Shown here piece after piece: positions 27,088 through 34,376 of a stretch of DNA of 60,432 bases (position 1 is its first letter; each line of letters begins with the position of its first letter). The DNA is from an uncultured Bdellovibrionales bacterium (GTDB lineage: Bacteria; Patescibacteriota; Minisyncoccia; Moranbacterales; UBA1568): positions 1-60,432 of the forward strand of contig CAYUIR010000003.1 in NCBI GenBank assembly GCA_964444815.1. The letters are read 5' to 3'. The translations under genes were made by a program, and so were the position numbers. The notes below the pieces were generated by a model. That model worked only from the letters and a program-made list of their open reading frames with translations. It did no database searches and was not told the DNA's origin.

Positions 27088-28038
27088 TTAGAGGAGCGTT
27101 CTTTTTTCAAGAGAATCAATGAAGCTTTTACAGAATTTCTTTCTATTTTCTCCGGTGATGGCACCCTTGAAGCCTATCTGATCGTTAATTTCGAAAATAT
27201 AAGGCGTACCATCCTGATCAATTCCAAAATCTATTGAATAAAATGGAGAGGAAAAAGCGGCGTCGATGAGAGGATGGACTTTGCTGACGATAGAGCGGAG
27301 AGCTAGAGGGGCGGATTCATAGGGAAATTCAAAGCACTGCCCACCCTGGCTGATATTGGCTCGGAGTTCACCGGGCTTCGGTGATCGTGCCTGGAGGAGG
27401 ATGGGAGATCCATCCACTATGATGATTCGAAGATCGTGGTGGCCAGAAATAATGCCTGGCACACCGCTACTGGTGTCAACAAATTTTTGAAGAATAAACT
27501 TTTTGTTTGGCTTTAGAAGAAGAGCGGTAAAATTTTTTGCTTCTGTGATTACAACACCTTTTCCACCAAATCCATCTACTGGTTTGAATACAGCCATTTC
27601 TTCTGGATGGAATGAAGCAATAGCAGATTCAAAATCTTTCTCCGAAGTGAGCGTAAATGTTTTTGGCATGAATTCTTTCAGGAGCTCGTAGGTGCGGTCT
27701 TTGTTATTGGCGAGACTTTTGAAAGCCAGTGAGTTGAGTGTTTTTGAATCGATGTCCTGTGTCGGAAAATCCTTTTTGGGGCTACGATCAAAAATGGCAT
27801 CAAAAAAAACTCTTTCTTCTCGCAGCTCAAATTGCTCTCCAGTAAAAAAGAGGACATTCTCAAATTCCATGCCGCCATGATGGATGGTGGGCTTTACTCC
27901 CAAGTACATGTCGAATCCGCGAGATCTGCCTTCTTGAAAAAGAGCCCAGTATATTTCCCGACGATCAGGCATGTGAGCGTAGGGGTCAGCGGCTACTTCT
28001 TTTTTGGTGAAGTAGATGAGGATTTTCTTACGTGGCAT
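27088..28038 (-). CDS. divergent ATP-grasp family ligase
   Basis: FKPVDGFGGKGVVITE (ATP-grasp glycine-rich loop) and DLRIIIVDG...IFEINDQIGF. Overlaps the upstream RimK-like gene by 46 nt. Confidence 0.6.
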   Translation of the reverse strand: MPRKKILIYFTKKEVAADPYAHMPDRREIYWALFQEGRSRGFDMYLGVKPTIHHGGMEFENVLFFTGEQFELREERVFFDAIFDRSPKKDFPTQDIDSKTLNSLAFKSLANNKDRTYELLKEFMPKTFTLTSEKDFESAIASFHPEEMAVFKPVDGFGGKGVVITEAKNFTALLLKPNKKFILQKFVDTSSGVPGIISGHHDLRIIIVDGSPILLQARSPKPGELRANISQGGQCFEFPYESAPLALRSIVSKVHPLIDAAFSSPFYSIDFGIDQDGTPYIFEINDQIGFKGAITGENRKKFCKSFIDSLEKRTLL

Positions 28039-28910
28039 AGATAATTGAAAAGAGAAACGATTTCAGTGGATTGAGGATCTTCCGGTGTAAATCCTGGAGA
28101 ACGATTTACCTCAAAGAGGTACATTTTTTTGTCTTGAGACGAAACGACGATATCTACCCCCGCCACCTCGATGTGTAAGACTTTTGCCGCTTCAAGAGCT
28201 AAGTCTCTCAGGGGAGGTGAAATCTTATTCGGATCGGAGTAGACTTCCCTCCCCCCGAGACTGGCGTTGTTGCGGAAGTCTTCGGTGTTTTGTCGAGTGC
28301 GCTCTTCGAGGGCACCGACAATAGTACCCGTTATGAAGACACGAAAATCAGATTGATTGGGAATAAATTCCTGTAGGATAAGTTTTTCACGGTCGCTATG
28401 GTCAAGGAGCGCGAGGAGTTCATCGCGGTTTCGTACCAGGAAAACCCCCTTGCCCTGGCGAGAGATGATTTTCTTGGCCACGATGGGGAAATGGAAAAAC
28501 TCTTCAGCACGGAGCAACTTTTCTTTGTTGTATGAGGGTGAAAAATAGGTTTTTGGAACAGGGAGTCCACTTTCTGCCAGTACAAACGTCTGGGCTAGTT
28601 TTCCATTGATGGATCCAAAAACATGATGCGTATCCACGAAGGGGATATCTCTTTTTTGAAGATAGCGTGCGATTAAAGTAGCAATGGGTTGATATTTTCC
28701 AGCGCGTTTGATATAGACACTGTCAAAGTCAGTAAGAAGTTTTTTTTCGCAAAAAACACGGATATCATTCTCAGCAATAAAGAATTCCATGGACTGAAAA
28801 TTTCCAAGCTCATACGTAAAAGCATTTTCTCCCATAAAATCAAGAAGCGGATTGATGCTTTTAAGATCAGCAACCATTTTTTTGGTTGGACGGTCCGTGA
28901 GGATGAGCAT
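27993..28910 (-). CDS. RimK-type ATP-grasp ligase
   Basis: FPIVAKKIISRQGKGVFLV, DFRVFITG, AGVDIVVS...LFEVNRSPGF. Confidence 0.75.
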   Translation of the reverse strand: MLILTDRPTKKMVADLKSINPLLDFMGENAFTYELGNFQSMEFFIAENDIRVFCEKKLLTDFDSVYIKRAGKYQPIATLIARYLQKRDIPFVDTHHVFGSINGKLAQTFVLAESGLPVPKTYFSPSYNKEKLLRAEEFFHFPIVAKKIISRQGKGVFLVRNRDELLALLDHSDREKLILQEFIPNQSDFRVFITGTIVGALEERTRQNTEDFRNNASLGGREVYSDPNKISPPLRDLALEAAKVLHIEVAGVDIVVSSQDKKMYLFEVNRSPGFTPEDPQSTEIVSLFNYLCHVRKSSSTSPKKK

Positions 28911-28914
28911 AGCG

Positions 28915-30309
28915 TTATTTATTCACATCAATCAAAAATCTTGTGAGATTCTTTCTGCCGATGATGACCGAATATTTGAGATCAGAGCGATCAATGACGG
29001 AAACTTTAGCGGAGATAACTACACTGTCGAGAGAGAGGTCGAGACGGATCATGGGCCGGTATGATGTCCCGTGAGATGACTTGGTGAGGGAAGTATCTGC
29101 AAGATCTGGTACATTAGCAAACAGTTGTTCGCGTTCTTGCTCTGTATACTCAGTAAGAATGTTTTTCCCTGCTATTCTCTCTCCGAAAATTGTGAGAGTC
29201 TCTTCAAACCCAAGTTGTTTCGCGAGTTCAGTATCAATTGACGTCGAGTCAGCGCCGGTGTCGATTTTGGCTTCGACCTCGATTTCTTTACCGTCTTTGC
29301 CGATGAGTTTCACTTTTTCGATACTGCCGATGACACGCTTACCGGAGAGCTCCTCGATTTCTTCTTCGATTTCGCCCCCGAAGAGATTTTGGCCGACGCG
29401 GATACCACGCTCAACCGTTTTGATCTTGAGTCCCGAGACGCGCTTCAAGCGTCCCTTGAGGCCAGCAAGGTTCGCGAGCTGGATGGAGAGACCAGGCCGA
29501 GCATTGAGCTCGAGGATGACGGGACCACGATCACGGTCGATAGCGATATCAGCACCGAGGAAGCCAAGCCCTGAGAGTGTCTGGGCTTCGACCGACATAC
29601 GGAGGATGTCTTTCCAGTAGGGGATTTTGATACCAGAGAGGACGAGGCGGGTGCCAGGGACATACTCGATGAGCTGCCCCTTGCCGATGATGGCGGTGGT
29701 AGTGGTACCAGTCGCGAGGTCGATACCGACACCGATGGCTCCTTGCTGGAGGTTGGCCTTGCCGTCGGAGGCACGGGTCGGGAGACGGAGCATGGCCATC
29801 ACCGGTACCTGATTGAAGACAATGACGCGGATATCAGGGATGCCCTTGAATGAATAGGGCTTAAAGAGTTTCAGGAGTTTGAGACGCTCTTCGAAAAAGG
29901 CGATGTCCGGAGTGTTGGCGAGAGAAAATGATCCATCGAGAATGTTGCGGATATGAGTCTTCAAATCATCGATGGTGATGACCGAACCATCGGCTTTGAC
30001 CCAGGCATCGGTGCGACCCTTTTTGCGGGCGTAGACTACGACGATACCTTCACCACCGAATCCCCGGTTGGGCTTCAAGGCAAAACTGTCAGGGAGGGTG
30101 TTCCAGTCAAACTGTTCGAGTTCTTCCAGGGTTTTCACCTTGGCGATGAGGGCCGAGACGCCGAGGTTGTTCTTCTTCAGGATGCGCTTACAGAGGAGTT
30201 TGCTATCAGCAATCTCCATACTGCGTTTGCGGTTGTTCGGGCGGATGTACTCCAAGTTTCGGGCGTTCATGCCGAGGAGGAGTCCGCTTTTCTTCAGGAA
30301 GTCGAACAT
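28915..30309 (-). CDS. alpha-L-glutamate-ligase-like ATP-grasp fused to a C-terminal retropepsin-like (RimB-type) aspartic protease domain
   Basis: N-terminal MNARNLEYIRPNN...FALKPNRGFGGEGIVVV...DIRVIVF...ILELNARPGL. The C-terminal 130 aa carry KIDTGADSTSID (D-T-G-A signature). Confidence 0.7.
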   Translation of the reverse strand: MFDFLKKSGLLLGMNARNLEYIRPNNRKRSMEIADSKLLCKRILKKNNLGVSALIAKVKTLEELEQFDWNTLPDSFALKPNRGFGGEGIVVVYARKKGRTDAWVKADGSVITIDDLKTHIRNILDGSFSLANTPDIAFFEERLKLLKLFKPYSFKGIPDIRVIVFNQVPVMAMLRLPTRASDGKANLQQGAIGVGIDLATGTTTTAIIGKGQLIEYVPGTRLVLSGIKIPYWKDILRMSVEAQTLSGLGFLGADIAIDRDRGPVILELNARPGLSIQLANLAGLKGRLKRVSGLKIKTVERGIRVGQNLFGGEIEEEIEELSGKRVIGSIEKVKLIGKDGKEIEVEAKIDTGADSTSIDTELAKQLGFEETLTIFGERIAGKNILTEYTEQEREQLFANVPDLADTSLTKSSHGTSYRPMIRLDLSLDSVVISAKVSVIDRSDLKYSVIIGRKNLTRFLIDVNK

Positions 30310-30348
30310 ACGAGGGACGATTAAACAGTCAGAGATCGGGAGCTAAGG

Positions 30349-31008
30349 CTATTGAAGACGTTTGATAATGGTGCGGAAGCGGAGGAGCTCCGTGATGCGG
30401 AGGCCGGTCCACTTGCCGAGCGAGAAGTTGATGACAAAGGTCACAAGGATGATCCAAGGATGAGAGAGGATGAGGGTGACGAGAGCATCCCAACTGACGA
30501 GGAAGTATCCCGTGACCGAGATGACGAGGGTTTCAACGGCGAGAATGAGCGCGACTCGACTGCCTTTTTCGATTTGAGTCGCGATAAATTTCTCAGCGAG
30601 GGTGATCATGATAAGGAGAGGGAAAATCGAAACAGCAGCCAGTCCCGTGCGACGGTACATGCCACCAAGGACGAGTACGCCGAGAATGGCAAGCGAGACG
30701 ATAGAGACGGTGATAGCCACCCGCGGCAAGTAGAGCAGGCGGAATTTCTTCATGAGGAGCCGTGACAGAGTGCCCACGACGATGACACTGACAAAAATAG
30801 CGATGCCGTACTTGATACCATTTGGGTCAAAAGCAAGGAGGGCAAAGGTGATGATCGAAGGAGTGTAGATACCAAACGCTTTGATCCCGACAACTTGTCG
30901 GAAAAAGGCGACCAGGGTCACGACGATAGGTAGCATCAACAGCAGCGCAACCGTCTGAAGCGGCACGCCCTGTTCGACGATAAAGTTGATGAAAGGATGA
31001 TAGGACAT
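30349..31008 (-). CDS. 7-TM membrane protein of the type associated with ATP-grasp/inactive-transglutaminase systems
   Basis: 219 aa, 6-7 TM helices, N-terminal FFRQVVGIKAFGIYTPSII motif. Immediately upstream of the ATP-grasp genes. Confidence 0.55.
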   Translation of the reverse strand: MSYHPFINFIVEQGVPLQTVALLLMLPIVVTLVAFFRQVVGIKAFGIYTPSIITFALLAFDPNGIKYGIAIFVSVIVVGTLSRLLMKKFRLLYLPRVAITVSIVSLAILGVLVLGGMYRRTGLAAVSIFPLLIMITLAEKFIATQIEKGSRVALILAVETLVISVTGYFLVSWDALVTLILSHPWIILVTFVINFSLGKWTGLRITELLRFRTIIKRLQ

Positions 31009-31088
31009 ATATGAGGGGGATAGCGGTTAGGGTATAGGGGATAGTCAAGGGTGCAGGTCATTTAGTTTTTTTTCTAAACCCTTTACCC

Positions 31089-31580
31089 TCAACCCTGTTG
31101 AATAGATTCTACTTTGCGGCGGGACTGGTGACAGAGGGCGAGCGCCAGGGCGTCGGCTGTGTCATCAGGTTTTGGTATCTCAGAAAGTTTCAAAAGGGCC
31201 TTTACCATCAATTGTACTTGAGTTTTGTCAGCTCTCCCATAATTTGTCAAGGCCTGCTTCACCTGAAGAGGCGTGTAACCAAAGATAGTAACACAAAAAT
31301 TCTCCAAAGTCAAGAGAATCACCCCACGGGCCTGAGCGACCGAAATGATAGTTTTTTGGTTCTTGAAAAAGAATAATTCCTCTACCGCTGCCTCCTCGGG
31401 CTGGTACTGTTTGATGATTGCTTCGAGGTCACGAGCAATTTCAGCCAAACGCTTCTCATCCGAGAGGTCTTTGCTCGTGCTGATATGACCAAAAGCGACC
31501 GCTGTGGCCTTTCCGCCCTGTATTTCGATAACTCCCCAGCCCACCGTCGCCGTGCCGGGATCAATGCCTAAAATGCGCAT
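31089..31580 (-). CDS. ruvC: crossover junction endodeoxyribonuclease RuvC
   Basis: MRILGIDPGTATVGWGVIE... with catalytic D/E/D/D positions (AVEELFF, ADALALA). Confidence 0.92.
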   Translation of the reverse strand: MRILGIDPGTATVGWGVIEIQGGKATAVAFGHISTSKDLSDEKRLAEIARDLEAIIKQYQPEEAAVEELFFFKNQKTIISVAQARGVILLTLENFCVTIFGYTPLQVKQALTNYGRADKTQVQLMVKALLKLSEIPKPDDTADALALALCHQSRRKVESIQQG

Positions 31581-31592
31581 ACAAAGGGAATA

Positions 31593-32405
31593 TTATTCTT
31601 GATCAAATTTGAGCGCTTGGGGGCGGTCGTATTTTCCTTCAAAGGCTTTCCAGAGGAGTTCAAAAGCCTCGCCGATCGCCACAGCAAACTTGGGCGATTC
31701 AATAATGAGAGTTTGGGCGCTCTCAATGAGACAGATGCGCACGAACTGTTTATCACAGGACTCGATGGACACCTTGGCGCTGTAGAGTTCAGGCGGCATG
31801 AATTTGGCTTCAATGCTGCCCTTATCGGGCTCAAGGTATTTGGCGTAGGGGGTCAGATTGGAATTATCGACCGTAATACCACGGACTTTTGGACCATATT
31901 TTTCTTTGTATTCATTCCATTCCATGAAAACTTTGGTGACTTCCGGTGAGGCGTCCTCAGGTGAAGCAAAAAAACCGACGATTTCTTTCCCATGGAGTTC
32001 ACGCTTTTTGTAGTCATAAGCCTGACGCATGCCATCGGCCCCTTCGTAGTACATAATGCTGGGCTTTTCGGCAGTACCTTTTTGAAAAGAGCGCAGTTCT
32101 GGGAGGATAGCCCGGGCGGCACGGAGTTTTTCGCCCTGTTCTTCGATAAAGGCATCAGGAGTCCGGGCGATATAGCGTTTCTTGTCTTCGCCAGGCACAT
32201 GGACGATGAGCCCCTTTTCCACTAGCTCCTCCGCGATGACATAGGCTGTTGGACGCTTGATTTCGGCTTTATTGGCAATTTGGTAGGGGGTAGAGGGGCC
32301 AAGTTGAAGCAAAGCCAGATAGATTTTGGCCTCTTTTTCAGAAAGTCCTAGGTTTTTCAGTGGTTCCAATAAGTGTTCCATAACCCTATCATACTCTTTT
32401 TTCAT
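31593..32405 (-). CDS. TrmB-family winged-helix transcriptional regulator (module 1)
   Basis: The sequence LGLSEKEAKIYLALLQLGPSTPYQIANKAEIKRPTAYVIAEELVEKGLI is a TrmB-type wHTH. Start ATG 32405 (or 32381). Confidence 0.75.
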   Translation of the reverse strand: MKKEYDRVMEHLLEPLKNLGLSEKEAKIYLALLQLGPSTPYQIANKAEIKRPTAYVIAEELVEKGLIVHVPGEDKKRYIARTPDAFIEEQGEKLRAARAILPELRSFQKGTAEKPSIMYYEGADGMRQAYDYKKRELHGKEIVGFFASPEDASPEVTKVFMEWNEYKEKYGPKVRGITVDNSNLTPYAKYLEPDKGSIEAKFMPPELYSAKVSIESCDKQFVRICLIESAQTLIIESPKFAVAIGEAFELLWKAFEGKYDRPQALKFDQE

Positions 32406-32519
32406 AAAATAGTCAATACTTTTGACAAATAAAACCGATACAGAGTGATAAATACCTTTATTAAAGCAAAAAGTAGTATAAAAATAGGACATGTACTTGC
32501 ATAAATATAGACGGTATTA

Positions 32520-32548
32520 TTGACAATATGTTGTTTTCGGAGTATAAT
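32520..32548 (+). promoter_or_regulatory. consensus sigma70 promoter P1, divergent from TrmB-1
   Basis: TTGACA (32520-32525), 17-nt spacer, TATAAT (32543-32548). Confidence 0.7.
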
Positions 32549-32551
32549 ACA

Positions 32552-32604
32552 CAGTCAAGTTAAGAGGCAGCAATGCAAACTAGCTTGATCCAGTTCTTTC
32601 AAAC
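32552..32604 (+). promoter_or_regulatory. conserved leader motif, promoter-proximal copy 1
   Basis: CAGTCAAGTT-[20 nt]-AGCTTGATC-CAGTTCTTTCAAA. The stem TCAAGTT/AGCTTGA is homologous to 37205-37256. Confidence 0.55.
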
Positions 32605-32656
32605 CAATCGGCAAATAGCCACCCGCTCCTCGGGGTTCTGGGGAAAGGAGGCCATT

Positions 32657-33112
32657 ATGTTGTTTCGATTCGTCGCTCACGGTGCATATCACGGCTGGTA
32701 TAAGCAATGCGTCACGATCGAGAGTGCCATTGCGGGTCTTAAAGTGGAACGGCAGCGACTGCAGAGTGTCATAAATGCCCTTGAAAGTAGAATTGAGTTC
32801 ATGCGAATTCAGTTCGTCTGCGGCAGCTTCTCTGAAGATGATCAACGCTCGCTTGATTGGAAGACGGGTGAATACATAAAGAAGCTCGAGTTCGAGGTCA
32901 GTCTGAAACGCAATGCACTCGAATCACGCCACTGGAAAATTTTGGAGGGTGCTATTCCGCCAGAAAAGGAATTCAAGAGGGATTACGGTCGTTCCGAATG
33001 TTGCTTCCCACGGCACTACGACCAAGACGGTGTACTCGTTTATGACGGCATGGCGTGGCCATGGCGCATGGAGGAGATTAAGCGTCTGGAAGAGGAGTAC
33101 GGCCAGGCGTAA
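32657..33112 (+). CDS. hypothetical protein (151 aa)
   Basis: AAGGAGG 5 nt upstream of ATG 32657 (MLFRFVAHGAYHG...). The longer 32573 start would run through the conserved leader motif. A coiled-coil-like middle region. I recognise no family. Confidence 0.55.
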   Translation: MLFRFVAHGAYHGWYKQCVTIESAIAGLKVERQRLQSVINALESRIEFMRIQFVCGSFSEDDQRSLDWKTGEYIKKLEFEVSLKRNALESRHWKILEGAIPPEKEFKRDYGRSECCFPRHYDQDGVLVYDGMAWPWRMEEIKRLEEEYGQA

Positions 33113-33118
33113 ACGTGT

Positions 33119-33210
33119 GGCGAGTGAAGAAAACTTCTTCCTCGCCATCTCAATCAAGTTCATCACACGGTGTGGTGGGCTCGTAGAGATTCTGTACTTT
33201 CACACAACTC
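33119..33210 (+). promoter_or_regulatory. conserved intergenic leader motif, copy A
   Basis: Hairpin 1 is GGCGAG(T)GAAGAA-AAC-TTCTTCCTCGCC, followed by TCTCAATCAAGTT. Hairpin 2 is CATCACA-CGG-TGTGGTG, followed by GGCTCGTAGAGA and CTGTACTTTCACACAAC. An AAGGAG RBS lies downstream. Confidence 0.6.
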
Positions 33211-33222
33211 AAGGAGTGAATC

Positions 33223-33741
33223 ATGGAAATGACCTGCATCTTGATCGTCGAAGACAAGGTGGAAGAGCAAGATAGAGCGCTCGCCGCCGTGAAGAATGCT
33301 TTCGGCATTACCGATGAACCTTTCAGCGAGAGCCCTGTCGGGATTGAAGGGTTGACTGGCTGGCGCTTCGTTCTCTGCGGTAAAAAGGACGGACCGACTG
33401 GCGTGATGGTCTTCCTTGCGAGTTGTCTCGGGGCTTTCCGTGGCCGGATGGACTTTCTGAAATCGGGTATTTTCCCAAAGAAACTCATTCTGACCGACCT
33501 GATGTTCCCCATGAACATGAAGGGCCAGGAGAAGATGCACGGGATTGAAGTGCTCGTTGATGCCATCGAATCGGGTATCAATGTGGTGGTGTGTAGCGAT
33601 ACTGACCATCATGATGTACCGTTCATGCCGTCGCTCATCCGAGTCCTCGAGAAAAACCACCCGAGAGGAAAGATCCCGGTGGTTCTTGACCGCAAGGACT
33701 GGGACAAAGCGGTCGCTCTGGGTCTCGAGCTCCTCGCGTAA
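33223..33741 (+). CDS. orphan CheY-like receiver (REC) domain protein, atypical (large insertion, no output domain)
   Basis: CILIVEDKVEE (beta1 acidic pair), KLILTDLMFP (candidate phospho-acceptor Asp), VVVCSD (beta4 Ser/Thr position) and a later Lys. About 40 extra residues lie between beta1 and beta3. Confidence 0.45.
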   Translation: MEMTCILIVEDKVEEQDRALAAVKNAFGITDEPFSESPVGIEGLTGWRFVLCGKKDGPTGVMVFLASCLGAFRGRMDFLKSGIFPKKLILTDLMFPMNMKGQEKMHGIEVLVDAIESGINVVVCSDTDHHDVPFMPSLIRVLEKNHPRGKIPVVLDRKDWDKAVALGLELLA

Positions 33742-33751
33742 CACGTCGAGA

Positions 33752-33845
33752 GTTCCGGAGAAGTGTTGAATCAAACGCTTCTCCTCTCAATCAAGTTCAT
33801 CACACAGTGTGGTGAGCTCGTAGAGAAGCAGTTCTTTCAATCAAC
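33752..33845 (+). promoter_or_regulatory. conserved intergenic leader motif, copy B
   Basis: GTTCCGGAGAAGTG-TTGAATCAAA-CGCTTCTCC, then TCTCAATCAAGTT. Hairpin CATCACA-CAG-TGTGGTG, then AGCTCGTAGAGA and CAGTTCTTTCAATCAAC. The first ~50 nt are near-identical to copy C. Confidence 0.6.
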
Positions 33846-33885
33846 CGGGTCGCAACCAGAAATAGCGAGGAAGGAGGTGAAAGAT

Positions 33886-33954
33886 ATGTTGGAAATTGCT
33901 TCCAACACCGGGTCTGCTGGCCGTGATGGCCAACCGGTGCGTGTCACCCGTTAG
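33886..33954 (+). CDS. mini-ORF P1 (22 aa), candidate precursor peptide: MLEIASNTGSAGRDGQPVRVTR
   Basis: GGAAGGAGGTG RBS 6 nt upstream of the ATG. Paralogous to P2, with mostly synonymous codon differences in the shared TG[ST]AGR...QPV[RK] core. Confidence 0.55.
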   Translation: MLEIASNTGSAGRDGQPVRVTR

Positions 33955-34124
33955 GGTGGCCAACCCTGTAACCAAAGGGTTACGGCGCTTGGGGAAGCGT
34001 GGCAACAGCAGCCGACGCCGTCGGTATCCTCCCTGGCAAAGTAGTAGGCACAGAGTGTGCTCTTGTCTTATGGCAATTCCCATAAGCCCGCGGCTCTCTC
34101 GGGATACAGAGCAAGGAGACTGCC

Positions 34125-34184
34125 ATGACAGCAGCCACCGGAACGGCAGGGCGGGGCGCAAGCTCTCAGCCCGTCAAGCGCTAA
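34125..34184 (+). CDS. mini-ORF P2 (19 aa), candidate precursor peptide: MTAATGTAGRGASSQPVKR
   Basis: AAGGAG RBS 6 nt upstream of the ATG. Shares the T-G-S/T-A-G-R and Q-P-V-R/K blocks with P1. Seven of nine conserved residues use different synonymous codons. Confidence 0.55.
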   Translation: MTAATGTAGRGASSQPVKR

Positions 34185-34255
34185 GAAGCGTTTGGTCTCG
34201 CAACGTCGAGCGGGGTTCCCGAAATACCCTGTCAATAAAATCGGAATGTGGTTTT

Positions 34256-34335
34256 GGGGAAAAGCAACGCTTTTCTCCTCTCTATTGAGAATCGTATCAG
34301 CTCACTCGCAGATACGGTGCTCATCGAGATTGAAT
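34256..34335 (+). promoter_or_regulatory. conserved intergenic leader motif, copy D (divergent)
   Basis: Hairpin 1 is GGGGAAAAGC-AAC-GCTTTTCTCC, followed by TCTCTATTGAGA. Hairpin 2 is ATCGTATC-[12 nt]-GATACGGT, followed by GCTCATCGAGA. Precedes the radical SAM gene. Confidence 0.5.
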
Positions 34336-34376
34336 AAAGAAGTTTTTTAACAATGTGTTAGACTGGAGAAAACATC

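Noticed and set aside
32573-32656. Longer start (ATG 32573) for the first island gene
   Set aside because: The extra 28 codons run through the CAGTTCTTTCAA leader motif, which is non-coding in its other copies. ATG 32657 has a perfect AAGGAGG at the right spacing.
33841-34288. ORFs 33896-34288 (+, 130 aa) and 33841-34161 (-, 106 aa) covering the P1-P2 spacer
   Set aside because: Both translations are Arg/Ser/Pro-rich and low-complexity, as expected from random frames in GC-rich DNA. They lack RBSs, overlap each other, and overlap the better-supported mini-ORFs. I treat the region as non-coding or structured plus mini-ORFs.
33955-34376. Known riboswitch upstream of the radical SAM gene (SAM, cobalamin, FMN and others)
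   Set aside because: Only fragmentary resemblances appear (for example CAGGGCGGGG and AGCCGACG, FMN-like strings in the wrong order). There is no B12 box and no SAM-I core. This needs a covariance-model search rather than inspection by eye.
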